A stretch of DNA of 49,205 nt from IMG/VR virus record IMGVR_UViG_3300033067_001503, positions 1-49,205 of that record. One strand, written 5' to 3'. This document shows, in pieces, positions 33,535 through 42,571 of the stretch; the first letter of the stretch is position 1; every line of letters starts with the position of its first letter. The notes under the pieces are model-generated. The model was not told the DNA's origin and made no database searches. It was given only the letters and a program-made list of their open reading frames with translations. This DNA is from a virus. Its lineage: Duplodnaviria; Caudoviricetes. Both the position numbers and the translations under genes were made by a program.

Positions 33535-34154
33535 TCCATCCCGTAATAGCTGGTGAGCGCATTGAGGCCGCGACGCAGGAAGAAATGGTCCTGCGTTGAC
33601 TTGCCGAGCGGCTGGTCGGACACCACCACGGACAGCACGACGCGCTGAACCCTGATGCCCGTCTGGTTGTCGCCGACGGTCAGGAGCATGGCTTGCAGGC
33701 GCCTTGCCTTCTCGCCGGCCAATCGGGCCGCCTTCTGCTTTCCTTCGCTCTCTCCGGCCTCGCCTCGCACGGAAAACAGGTTCTGTGCCCTCGCGCTGGG
33801 AAACGGTACGCCTGTCAGGCCGTAGTAGCGGGCCATGTCGGTGGCGAGTTTCATCCCTGCCTCGTATTGAAGCTTGGTGATGCGGTCGGCCATGAACAGC
33901 CTGCCAAGCTCATAGCCATAGCGAGGGTCGGCGGCCTGTTCCGGGGCAATGCCGTTGTGTCGAGCGCGGGCCGAGGCCGCGACAGAGATGTTGTCGACCT
34001 TTTCGGCTTCTGTCAGTTCTTGCTCGCGGAGCTGCTTCATTTCCAGGCTTGCCTTTCTGCGTGATGGTTTGCCGTTGGGCTGGTAGTTCGTTGCCGACAA
34101 GCGGGGACGGCCTCGCTTGCGCTTCAGCTTTTGGGAGCGGGTGCGGGCTTTCAA
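33531..34154 (-). CDS. putative late transcription regulator
   Basis: KRKRGRPR AT-hook-like N-terminus; Q-like position at end of the replication/nin region. Confidence 0.5.
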   Translation of the reverse strand: MKARTRSQKLKRKRGRPRLSATNYQPNGKPSRRKASLEMKQLREQELTEAEKVDNISVAASARARHNGIAPEQAADPRYGYELGRLFMADRITKLQYEAGMKLATDMARYYGLTGVPFPSARAQNLFSVRGEAGESEGKQKAARLAGEKARRLQAMLLTVGDNQTGIRVQRVVLSVVVSDQPLGKSTQDHFFLRRGLNALTSYYGME

Positions 34155-34372
34155 TCGGTCACCTGCTTTGCTTCACGTGGAACAAAATCTTCCGGGTACT
34201 TCTCCCGCCATTTCGCGAGGCCAACCGACGCCGGATCGGTGCAGATTTGATCGTAAAGCTCCGGGTCCTTTTCCTGCATCGCGTCAAGCATTGGGCCGAA
34301 TGGCCGGACGAGAGTTGACGGCGGTTTTCTTGGCCCGAAAAGCCAATCCATGAAGCGTGCGAGCGCGCTCAT
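34151..34372 (-). CDS. hypothetical protein
   Basis: ATGA-coupled ORF. Confidence 0.55.
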   Translation of the reverse strand: MSALARFMDWLFGPRKPPSTLVRPFGPMLDAMQEKDPELYDQICTDPASVGLAKWREKYPEDFVPREAKQVTD

Positions 34373-34590
34373 TCGCCTTCAGCCTCTTTGATTGCGGCGT
34401 CGATCATGTCTGTCCAGAACCAAAAATGCTGCGCCTGCGTGATGTCGTCTGGGAACTCTCCCGGCGTTAGCTCGCGCATGGCTTTGAGGGCGGCGATTGC
34501 CATTGCTTCCATGAGTTTTGTGAAGCGAAGTCCTTCAGTATTGGCGTTAACCGCTTCCATCGCCCGCGCCATTTTCTCGACCAGCGTCAT
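34369..34590 (-). CDS. hypothetical protein
   Basis: LVEKMARAM...A.AALKAMRE.T...W..MIDAA common phage pattern. Confidence 0.65.
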   Translation of the reverse strand: MTLVEKMARAMEAVNANTEGLRFTKLMEAMAIAALKAMRELTPGEFPDDITQAQHFWFWTDMIDAAIKEAEGE

Positions 34591-34766
34591 GGATGCCCGC
34601 CCACATAAATCGACGCGAGCATTGCTAGAGTGCCCCCAGCCAAAACCACGCCCGCCGTCTTGGCGGCCTGCAAATCCTTGAACCGCCACGCGGTTCGCAA
34701 CAGCAGTGCAGCCAAGAATACGAAGAGGGCGTAATTCGCCAAGACAATCACAAACCACATCGGCAT
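34587..34766 (-). CDS. small two-TM membrane protein
   Basis: MPMWFVIVLANYALFVFLAALLL...; GGAGG RBS; ATGA overlap. Confidence 0.5.
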   Translation of the reverse strand: MPMWFVIVLANYALFVFLAALLLRTAWRFKDLQAAKTAGVVLAGGTLAMLASIYVGGHP

Positions 34767-34778
34767 CCACCCCTCCCC

Positions 34779-35228
34779 TTACAGACTGCGCAGAGAGCGG
34801 CCCATCAACTCGTCAAGTTCACGGCTGGCGTGAACGCGGCTGATGTGCGCCCTGCGCATTTCTTCACTGTCGATGAACATGCGCATTCGGTGTTGCGCTG
34901 ACACGCTGCGGAGACCGTCCAGCCGGAACCGCTCGACACGTTCGGCTGCGTGAAGGCGGTCCATAAACCGCTGATGCTTTTCTTCCTCATCTTCTCCGGT
35001 CAGGAGTTTTTTGAGGCTGGCGATGCGCTGCATTTTCCATGCGCCATCGTCGAGGGTGGAGCCCTTCAGCGTTGCCCAACCGTTGGCGGCTGACATTCCC
35101 GCCGTGGAGATACTGCCGTATCCGCCAATGCCCGAAGCAACATCTTCAGCGAGCCCGGCCGCCATCTTCGGCCCGGCCACAGCAGCGCCACCCATGAACC
35201 CGAACAGCGAACGTCGATTGAGCTTCAT
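34779..35228 (-). CDS. protein with twin-arginine-like N-terminus
   Basis: MKLNRRSLFGFMGGAAVAGP. Confidence 0.6.
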   Translation of the reverse strand: MKLNRRSLFGFMGGAAVAGPKMAAGLAEDVASGIGGYGSISTAGMSAANGWATLKGSTLDDGAWKMQRIASLKKLLTGEDEEEKHQRFMDRLHAAERVERFRLDGLRSVSAQHRMRMFIDSEEMRRAHISRVHASRELDELMGRSLRSL

Positions 35229-35758
35229 GCTGCGTCATTTCTCCGATTTGCCGGCGCGTTCGGATTGGGACCGCGATAGACGCCAAGCTTGCGAACCGCG
35301 TGCAGGACCGTCGTATGGTCCTTGTTGAACAGGCGGGCGATTGCCGGCAGGGAAAGGTCCGGGCGAAGCTGGTAAACCAGCGCCATCGCCTCCTGCCTGA
35401 TGTCGGTCAAATAGGCAGGCCGGCGCGGGCTGCGAAGGTCTGTCACGGTGACCCCGTGCTTGTTCGCCACACCCTTCATGATGTCGATGCCAGGAATGCG
35501 AGGCGGCGCGGCCAATGCCGTTTCAGTCGCGCCCAGCATGTCCACCACTTTCGCATGAGCGTCATCGATGATTTGCTGCGCTTCCTCCCGTGCCCGGCTG
35601 ACAATGAGCAGGGCCTGTTCCTCCGCTTCGGCCTTCGCCTTGGCGATGATTTGCTCGGCCCTGATGTTGATGGGCTCCGGCCTTGGAGCCGGTGGCGGCG
35701 CGGGAGACCGCTCGCGAATTGACCGTTCCGTGTTTCGATATGCTGCGACAAACATCAA
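35225..35758 (-). CDS. DnaA C-terminal-like HTH protein
   Basis: DLRSPRR...RQEAM......SLPAIARLFNKDHTTVLHAVRK (Bac_DnaA_C signature). Confidence 0.88.
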   Translation of the reverse strand: MMFVAAYRNTERSIRERSPAPPPAPRPEPINIRAEQIIAKAKAEAEEQALLIVSRAREEAQQIIDDAHAKVVDMLGATETALAAPPRIPGIDIMKGVANKHGVTVTDLRSPRRPAYLTDIRQEAMALVYQLRPDLSLPAIARLFNKDHTTVLHAVRKLGVYRGPNPNAPANRRNDAA

Positions 35759-35840
35759 CGCTTCCTCCGTTCCACAGGAGCCTCACGGCCACTGGCGTTC
35801 TTCACCACGGGCGGGCAGTCTCCGAATACGCTTTCAGGGG

Positions 35841-36101
35841 CTAGTGCTTCTTCCTGCGCCTTGCTGCGGCGCCATTCCTCGATACCGAGACTGTCGGCCA
35901 AGGCCTGCTCGTCTTCGACGCTCGTATCCTCGAATTGAGCGCGGACTTGACGTGCTCCTTCGCGGCTTCAATGGCTTCGCTTGCCGTATCGAACGGTTCC
36001 GAGTTCGGCACGACATGCCAGTCCGTTCCTTCGAACAACTTGAAGGCTGCCTTGAACTTCCGGCCATACGGTTGAGCGTGATATTCGGGGAGCAGATTCA
36101 T
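35841..36101 (-). CDS. hypothetical protein
   Basis: ATGA-coupled to primase-helicase. Confidence 0.55.
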   Translation of the reverse strand: MNLLPEYHAQPYGRKFKAAFKLFEGTDWHVVPNSEPFDTASEAIEAAKEHVKSALNSRIRASKTSRPWPTVSVSRNGAAARRRKKH

Positions 36102-37912
36102 GCTGCCTCAGACTGCGCAGAGCCGTGCATGAAATCGCGCTGCCACAGGCCGCGATCGAATGACGAGTGATAGCGATACGTCGTCTGATCGAACCACAGT
36201 CCCGTCTTGCCTTCGTAGTCGCCATTGCGCTGCTTCGCGACGTTCAGGATGACGCCGGGCTTTTCCTCCAGCTCGGCTTTCAAATCTTCGTTTTCGGCAG
36301 CCTGGATATCTTCCTCGTGCCTGCGATTTCTCCAGACCGTCAGGATGTTGAAAGCGTTCGCGCCGATTTCCATCGCCCCCTTGATGTCCTCGGTTTCCGG
36401 TGCACCCTGTCCCCGCTCGCCTTTTCGCGAGTGCGCCACCAGATGCATGTGGACGTTGTGCTTGATGGACCAGTCGACGATCTGGAAAACCGCCTTTTCC
36501 TGGCCGGTGTAATCGTCCCCGGCGATGCCGAGTCGCATCAGGCTATCAATGACGAACTGGTCGCAGCCGTACTTCGCGCGGGCATAGTCGAACACGTCCA
36601 GAAGCGACGTGATGCCTGCCTTGCCGACATGCTCGTAAAGCAGCAGCCCTTGGTCAAGGAATGCGAGTATCCGGGCGATGAACTGCGCAGTCGGGCGATC
36701 GACGCCGCCTGTCTGCTTTGCCATGCGGCGCAGCGTTTGCTCGCCCTTCATTTCGAGCGAGGCGAGGCAGATGCGACTGCCGTGCTTGATCCAGTGCGGG
36801 ATGCAGTCAGAGATGATCTGGCTCTTGCCGGAGCCCGCCGCGCCCGACCACAGCGTTATCTCGCCCGGCCGGAAATGGATCTTGTCCACCAGCTTGCCGT
36901 AAGGCAGCGTGTAGCCGACCTCGCCTTCATGCGCCGGCCAGAACAAGTGGATGACGCGGTCTGTGTAATCGCTCGCACGCTTCAGGCCGGCCGGATCAAG
37001 GCTAGACGCATCTGCAAGCGCCTTTTCCATCGCCTGCTTGGTGACGCCGGCAACCAGACACTCATTGGCGTCCTTGTGCGGGAGCAGAACCCGGTAGCAA
37101 CGGTGACGGCCAAGCCGAGAAGCGATTTCCTCGGCAGCTTCCTCGCCCGGCTTGTCCATGTCGGTCGAGATATAAATTCGCTCGAACCGCTCCAGCCGAT
37201 CGAACTCGCTCTCGATCCATTTCTGCTTGCCGCCCTTGCCCCCGCCAAAGGGGACGGACATCGCCGGCCGGTCATATGCGGCCCAGGACAGCGCATCGAT
37301 TTCGCCTTCGGTGATGACGACTTCGCGAGCGTTTTCCGGGATAGCCTGCCAGCCGAACAGGATCGGCTCGCAGTTGGCTGCGGTCGGCTTTGGAGCCGCG
37401 CCGTCGACCGCTTTCCGCGACTTTGCCAGCGCCAGCGTGCCGTCCGGCAGCAGGTAGGGGAAGATTATCTCGTCGCCGTTGCAGGCGACCTTGTATTTCG
37501 CCAGCACGACACCCGGCAGATTGCGGTCCTCGCGAAGATAGTCGAGCGCTAGGCCATGGATCGGCTTGCAGGCGGGTTTCTGTGGCCGCTGGTAGTTGTT
37601 CTGAGGTTCGCGGTAGGGTTTTTGCCTGGTGACGCCCAGCCATGCCCGTGCCGCCTCCAGCGCGTCGCCAAGGGTTCCGCCTTTGACGGCAACCCATAGG
37701 TCAAGCAGGTCACCGCCCTCGCCCGTGGTGAAATCGCTCCAAATGCCCGCCTTGGCGCCAGACAGGTGGACGCCGAGCGACTGGCCCTTCTCGCCACCAG
37801 TGGAGCCGACACGCCATTCCTGCGCTTCCTTGCGGCCGTTGGGCAGGAGCATTTCCGCAACAGCCTGGGCACGGTCTGCCAGCATCCGCTTGACCTCGAC
37901 AATGTCGGTCAC
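36098..37912 (-). CDS. TOPRIM primase / SF4 helicase fusion (T7 gp4/Twinkle-like)
   Basis: ITEGEIDALS, DMDKPG, KDANE; GAAGSGKS, VIDSL, LVAHSRK, KQRNG. Confidence 0.93.
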   Translation of the reverse strand: MTDIVEVKRMLADRAQAVAEMLLPNGRKEAQEWRVGSTGGEKGQSLGVHLSGAKAGIWSDFTTGEGGDLLDLWVAVKGGTLGDALEAARAWLGVTRQKPYREPQNNYQRPQKPACKPIHGLALDYLREDRNLPGVVLAKYKVACNGDEIIFPYLLPDGTLALAKSRKAVDGAAPKPTAANCEPILFGWQAIPENAREVVITEGEIDALSWAAYDRPAMSVPFGGGKGGKQKWIESEFDRLERFERIYISTDMDKPGEEAAEEIASRLGRHRCYRVLLPHKDANECLVAGVTKQAMEKALADASSLDPAGLKRASDYTDRVIHLFWPAHEGEVGYTLPYGKLVDKIHFRPGEITLWSGAAGSGKSQIISDCIPHWIKHGSRICLASLEMKGEQTLRRMAKQTGGVDRPTAQFIARILAFLDQGLLLYEHVGKAGITSLLDVFDYARAKYGCDQFVIDSLMRLGIAGDDYTGQEKAVFQIVDWSIKHNVHMHLVAHSRKGERGQGAPETEDIKGAMEIGANAFNILTVWRNRRHEEDIQAAENEDLKAELEEKPGVILNVAKQRNGDYEGKTGLWFDQTTYRYHSSFDRGLWQRDFMHGSAQSEAA

Positions 37913-38670
37913 AGGATTTTGACTCCGCGATATTCCGGCTCATCTTGCCATCGACGTCGAGGAGGAAGCCCAATTGGCACTTCATCCAGCCATCGTTCGC
38001 CGCTCAACCATGTAGCTGGATGCGGCGTGAACTGCGGATCGTTCTTGGCATATCGCTGTGCCGCCGCTCGGGCTCCAGCCAAGAGAACCTCAACAGAAGC
38101 CTTCTTTAGCGCAACTCGATAGGCGCGAGCGGCTTGGCCTTTGCCCACATGACGCGGGTAGGCCTCATACCATCTCTCAAAATCCTGCTGGTCAATCTTC
38201 GCGGGCGAAGATTCTTCTCTTCCCTCTTCCCTCCTTCCTCCTTCCTCCTTCATCTGCGCAGGTTTTTCGGTAGGACGGGGGGAGGACGGGGGGAGGACGG
38301 GGGGGGGATTACCAGAATCATCCCTCTTGACCCCTCCGAATTCCCACAGTGCGGGTGGAAATGGATACCTGCACGACGGGTGTTTGGGACGCTGATACCG
38401 GGCGAAATTTCGAACTACACCGTAGGATTTGCCGGCTTCTTCAAACCGCTTTACGGTTCCCAGGACTTCATATTCATCGAGTATTTTTGAAAAATCGATG
38501 GCATCGGCGGGGAAGATGCGAGCCTTCAAAACTATAGGTTTCCATTCGAAAACGCCGTGGTCATCACACTCGGTCCAGAGTAGCGGCCAAGCTGCCTTAG
38601 CAGCCACGGTCATTGTCATGTACGCCTCATCGGAGGCCAGGCCTGGATGGATGGATCGAATACGGCTCAT
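37909..38670 (-). CDS. replication initiator protein
   Basis: MSRIRSIHP...LWTECDDHG; C-terminal FERWYEAYP.HVGK..A...HPATWLSGERWLDE. Confidence 0.82.
   Translation of the reverse strand: MSRIRSIHPGLASDEAYMTMTVAAKAAWPLLWTECDDHGVFEWKPIVLKARIFPADAIDFSKILDEYEVLGTVKRFEEAGKSYGVVRNFARYQRPKHPSCRYPFPPALWEFGGVKRDDSGNPPPVLPPSSPRPTEKPAQMKEEGGRREEGREESSPAKIDQQDFERWYEAYPRHVGKGQAARAYRVALKKASVEVLLAGARAAAQRYAKNDPQFTPHPATWLSGERWLDEVPIGLPPRRRWQDEPEYRGVKIL
38272..38307 (+). repeat. 3 x 11-bp tandem repeat AGGACGGGGGG (candidate origin iterons)
   Basis: Copies at 38272, 38283 and 38294 inside the initiator gene. Confidence 0.7.
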
Positions 38671-39155
38671 GATCGGGTCGCTCTCAAAAGTTCATTGAAA
38701 ACCTCGCCGGCGCACCGGAATGGGTCACGGTAGATTTCAGCGCCAGTGAACCTGAACACCTTGTAGCCGGCTGCCTGCATCTCGCGGTCGCGGCGTCGAT
38801 CGTGCTCCGCTTGTTCTTTAGTTCTCTCGTGAAAGTCGTGCCCGTCGCACTCCACCACTAAATTCCCATGCTCTGCACGGGGTAGAGGTCCAATGAGGAA
38901 GTCGGCCCTGTAGGACAGGAGGTTAAACTGCGGTTCGACAAACCATCGACGGCCGGCTGAGGCGCCAAGCGGGCCATTTTGCGCGATGATCACGGCTGGG
39001 TCGTTGCGCAAGAGGCTGATGATGAAAAAAGCAACACCGAAATGGGCTTCGATAGGACTCGAGACCAAGGGCACGATCCGATCGAAATAGAACGGGACGA
39101 ACCCGCGCATTTCGTTGGAAAGAGCTGTCATGAAATGGTCGGAAACTCCGCTCAT
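38667..39155 (-). CDS. DUF559/Vsr-like endonuclease
   Basis: YRADF...VVECDGHDFH...DRRRDR..Q..GY.VFRFTG. Confidence 0.88.
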   Translation of the reverse strand: MSGVSDHFMTALSNEMRGFVPFYFDRIVPLVSSPIEAHFGVAFFIISLLRNDPAVIIAQNGPLGASAGRRWFVEPQFNLLSYRADFLIGPLPRAEHGNLVVECDGHDFHERTKEQAEHDRRRDREMQAAGYKVFRFTGAEIYRDPFRCAGEVFNELLRATRS

Positions 39156-39364
39156 TGGACGGTCCTCCGATGCAAAGGGATGACTTTCGTTGCCGGCATC
39201 CGCTGGTCTGGCGGCAAGTACAGGTTGACGAAGCGCACCCAGGCCGCGGCTGCATTTTCCGCATCGCGAAACTTCATGGTGCGCTCCGCAAGCATCTTGG
39301 CGGCGCGATATTCTTCGAACGCCGCGTAGGCCTTTTCGTCGTCAGTCTGGTTGCTTGCGCTCAT
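39152..39364 (-). CDS. hypothetical protein
   Basis: ATGA-coupled ORF. Confidence 0.6.
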   Translation of the reverse strand: MSASNQTDDEKAYAAFEEYRAAKMLAERTMKFRDAENAAAAWVRFVNLYLPPDQRMPATKVIPLHRRTVQ

Positions 39365-39717
39365 GCCGCCAGCGCCACCTCATATTCGTGGACCAGCACG
39401 ACGCAGGGATCGCCGGCATCCACCCATTGGATCGAAATGCGCTGGACGAGGCTGTCGTCGTCGATGACCGACATTGAGACGAGCAAGTCCTCGATTGCCT
39501 TGATGACGTTGGACAGATCGCGCTTGCGCTTGTCAGGCTTCACAAGGGCAATGGAGAGGGCTACGAGGCCGTGGATGCGCTTCCTGCCCTGCTCGACGAT
39601 TGCGTAGCCAGCGGCCTCCTGCCATGCCTTGTAGGCGTCCGTTTTCGACCGCCCGCGACCCGTGTTGAAAAAAAGGTTGTTGACGCTCGGTGGATATGGG
39701 AGGGAATAGCGGATCAT
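39361..39717 (-). CDS. rusA: RusA-like Holliday junction resolvase
   Basis: LPYPPSVN...PDKRKRDLSNVIKAIEDLL.....DDDS. Confidence 0.88.
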   Translation of the reverse strand: MIRYSLPYPPSVNNLFFNTGRGRSKTDAYKAWQEAAGYAIVEQGRKRIHGLVALSIALVKPDKRKRDLSNVIKAIEDLLVSMSVIDDDSLVQRISIQWVDAGDPCVVLVHEYEVALAA

Positions 39718-40163
39718 TACCCCGCCTCCTTGTCCGGCATCGGTTCGGGGAAATTCGCTTCGAACTCAGGCTGGGGCGGGCCTTCCTCGCCGTCGCCGCC
39801 CGGAACCTCCACGGTCATCTCCGCGCCCTCTACAGCCTCGTCCAAGCTTCTGACGACCGCCTGGCTGCCATTGCCAGCCGTAAGCCAGTCACTCCATTCG
39901 GTTTGGTCCGCTGAAAGCCGGCTGGTATCTGACTTGACTTCAAGAGATGCAAACCACCCGTCATTGCGCATGACGAGAAGATCGGGCGCCCCCGGCGTGA
40001 GCCCCTCCCGCTTCAAACGCGCAATGGTCCTTGGATCGGCCTGAAACCGTCCGTTGGGGATCGAAATGACCCGGTAGCTTCCGGGCAAGGTCCGGCGCAG
40101 GAACGAGACGATAGCGCACTGAGTGCGGCTCTCCTCCCAGAATGTCCTCGGGTCGCGGGCCAT
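39717..40163 (-). CDS. VRR-NUC domain nuclease
   Basis: E...Q...IPNG...LKREG...GAPDL...LEVK....LS..Q..W. Confidence 0.85.
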   Translation of the reverse strand: MARDPRTFWEESRTQCAIVSFLRRTLPGSYRVISIPNGRFQADPRTIARLKREGLTPGAPDLLVMRNDGWFASLEVKSDTSRLSADQTEWSDWLTAGNGSQAVVRSLDEAVEGAEMTVEVPGGDGEEGPPQPEFEANFPEPMPDKEAG

Positions 40164-40166
40164 GGC

Positions 40167-40409
40167 TTACCCCGCCACGTCGCATTCATAAGGATCGGCG
40201 AGGCCAAGGCGCTTGCTGCGTTCTTGCGAAATCCAGCGGAGCACCGTGCATTCGCGGATACTGTAATGCTCCGCTATGGCCAGCGTGTCCTTGCCGGCCC
40301 GAAACATCATGTATGCCCGGTGCGATCTCGGCAGCACGCGCACGCGCCGAAAAGGCGAAGGGTCTTCCCTGCCGGCGTAGCGAAACAGTCGTGGGCGAAG
40401 CACATCCAT
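40167..40409 (-). CDS. small HTH protein
   Basis: FRAGKDTLAIAEHYSIRECTVLRWI; RYAGRE motif. Confidence 0.6.
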   Translation of the reverse strand: MDVLRPRLFRYAGREDPSPFRRVRVLPRSHRAYMMFRAGKDTLAIAEHYSIRECTVLRWISQERSKRLGLADPYECDVAG

Positions 40410-40415
40410 TTCGCC

Positions 40416-40751
40416 TTACCCCGCGATGGCGTCGAGATAGGCCTGCGCCGCGGAAAGACGCCGATCGAGATGCGTGACCTCGGAAAGCGCCTTGGCCTTG
40501 ATGTCGGTCTCGCGCTTGTCGAGTGCGGCGCGTTCCTCCGCGACTTCAGCAAGGTCGTTCGCTTCCTTGCGGCGGGCATCGGCAATGCGCTGCGAGCAGC
40601 GGGAGACCTCGATGCGGTGCAGGTCTTCCAGCCGCTCGACTTCGTTCTGGCCAGCCGGCTTGCGGAGGAGCTCCGCCGCGAAGTTCGATGGCAGTTCGAC
40701 AACGTTTTCATCAGCGCTGACGTTGCGCAGGGCTTGAACTGTGGCGTTCAT
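40416..40751 (-). CDS. hypothetical coiled-coil protein
   Basis: GGAGG RBS before MNATVQ. Confidence 0.6.
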   Translation of the reverse strand: MNATVQALRNVSADENVVELPSNFAAELLRKPAGQNEVERLEDLHRIEVSRCSQRIADARRKEANDLAEVAEERAALDKRETDIKAKALSEVTHLDRRLSAAQAYLDAIAG

Positions 40752-40797
40752 CACTTCCTCCGTTTGGCTTTGCGCGTTCCCCGCGCCGGGGTTGGTT

Positions 40798-41058
40798 TCA
40801 GGCGATGCCGAGCGCGGCCTTGTAGAGGTCCAGAATTGCTTCCTCCTCTTGCCGCTCGGCAGCACTCTTCTTGCGAATTTTGATGATGGTCCGGACAGCC
40901 TTGGTGTCGAAGCCCACGCCCTTCGCTTCGAGGTAGACTTCCTTGATGTCGTCGGCGATGGTGCGCTTCTCTTCTTCGAGGCGTTCGATGCGCTCGATGA
41001 AGGCGCGCAACTGGCCGGCCGCGACCGTCTGGCTGGTTTCGGTGACTTCGTCGCTCAT
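40798..41058 (-). CDS. gapR: GapR-like (DUF2312/UPF0335) nucleoid protein
   Basis: [39 protein letters not shown]. Confidence 0.92.
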   Translation of the reverse strand: MSDEVTETSQTVAAGQLRAFIERIERLEEEKRTIADDIKEVYLEAKGVGFDTKAVRTIIKIRKKSAAERQEEEAILDLYKAALGIA

Positions 41059-41545
41059 GCTTTCCTCCGTTTCGATTTTTGCTTCGTCTTCGCCTTCACG
41101 ACCGGCCTCTGCCGTGTCGCATCGGTGCTCATCGGCTTGGTGGACTTGTCAGGCTTGGGCTTGGGATACTGGCGGGCGATGCTCATAGCGGGGACGCCAT
41201 TCTTTTGCTCCTGACCTACCTTTGTTGGTGTCAGAAGCAGGGGATGAAGATGCGCGACGGACGGAACTTCCCGGCTCAGGCCGAAGCGCATATGTGGTTG
41301 ATGATTTCGAGCTTCCCGGACTTGCCGCGAAGGCACCGGAAGCCGGCGAATGATGATTGTGCGGAGCGGCCATCAGGAGCCCTCCGCCGTGCGGAACCGG
41401 ACGACGATCTGCGCCTCGCTATCGACGTAGACGGGCTCAAGGATTGCATTGCGAGGCAAGGGCCGATGCAGGGCGCCGTGAATGTACGCGCCAGCAACGC
41501 CGGAAAGTAGGCAGGAGCCGAGCCAGAGAAGCACGTAGAGCGGCG

Positions 41546-42571
41546 TCATGCGGCGGCCTCATCAGGAACGGTGTCATGATCGATCGCGAACAGTTGCGCT
41601 GTGCGTTCCTCCTTCAACAGTTCAAGGTTCTTGACGGCCTGCCGGAAATAGCTCGGCTTCAGTTCGCAGCCGATGCCGCGCCTGCCCATCTTCACGGCGC
41701 AATAGACCTCGCTGCCGATGCCCATGAATGGGGTCAGGACAACATCGCCGGGATTGGTCCACAGATCGATGCATCGTTCGATGACGTCGAGCTGCAGTGG
41801 CGAGATATGCTGCTCGTCCTTCTCGTCGCGGCCGCCGCGATATTGCAGCGTGCGGGTCTGATCGATGTCCATCCAGACTGGCGATGCGTAGCGCTGCCAA
41901 ACGAGAATGCTCACCCACTTGTCGAACGGCCATGGCTCGCGTCCGTCGGCGCGGGTTTCCGCAGCATGACGCTCGTAAGCGGCGCGGCTGATGTCGAGAC
42001 CGGTCCCCACAAACGTATCGAACGGACCCGCGACCGCTTCGCTGTTATCGCCCGGCTTGCGGAACACCAGCACATAGTCGGCAAGGCCCTGCCCGCTGAT
42101 CGTGCTGTCCTTCTCGATCTGCTTGTGCAGGAGACGGATCGATTTGGTGCGCTGCTGCGCTACGACAGGGTCTTTCCAGATGCAGATTTCGCTGTGGAAT
42201 ATCCACCCTGCGTCCTCGTAGGCGCGGACAATCTCGCCCCGGAAATCGCGCATCCCGATATGGCCGTGCCTGATCTTCGATGTCGGCAGTTGCATGCAAT
42301 GCACGGCATGGAGACGGCCGGGCTTGGTGACGCGGAGCAACTCCTGGATCAGGAAGGCATAATGCTCCCAAAATTCGCCGCCTTCATTGTTCGATATGTC
42401 GCGATCGTAGTTGGAAAATTTGTAGAGCCCCTCGAACGGCGGAGAGTGAATGCCAAAGTGGATGCTGTCGCCGGGAATGGCGCGCATGACCTCGCAGCTA
42501 TCGCCTTGGTAGATTGCGTAATCAGGTGTGATAACCTGATCCACAGCCTTCACGCCGTCATGCTGCTGCAT
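41546..42571 (-). CDS. beta-class amino-DNA methyltransferase (N4C/N6A)
   Basis: SPPF catalytic motif, then HISPLQLD and TPFMGIGSE SAM-binding motif. Confidence 0.9.
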   Translation of the reverse strand: MQQHDGVKAVDQVITPDYAIYQGDSCEVMRAIPGDSIHFGIHSPPFEGLYKFSNYDRDISNNEGGEFWEHYAFLIQELLRVTKPGRLHAVHCMQLPTSKIRHGHIGMRDFRGEIVRAYEDAGWIFHSEICIWKDPVVAQQRTKSIRLLHKQIEKDSTISGQGLADYVLVFRKPGDNSEAVAGPFDTFVGTGLDISRAAYERHAAETRADGREPWPFDKWVSILVWQRYASPVWMDIDQTRTLQYRGGRDEKDEQHISPLQLDVIERCIDLWTNPGDVVLTPFMGIGSEVYCAVKMGRRGIGCELKPSYFRQAVKNLELLKEERTAQLFAIDHDTVPDEAAA

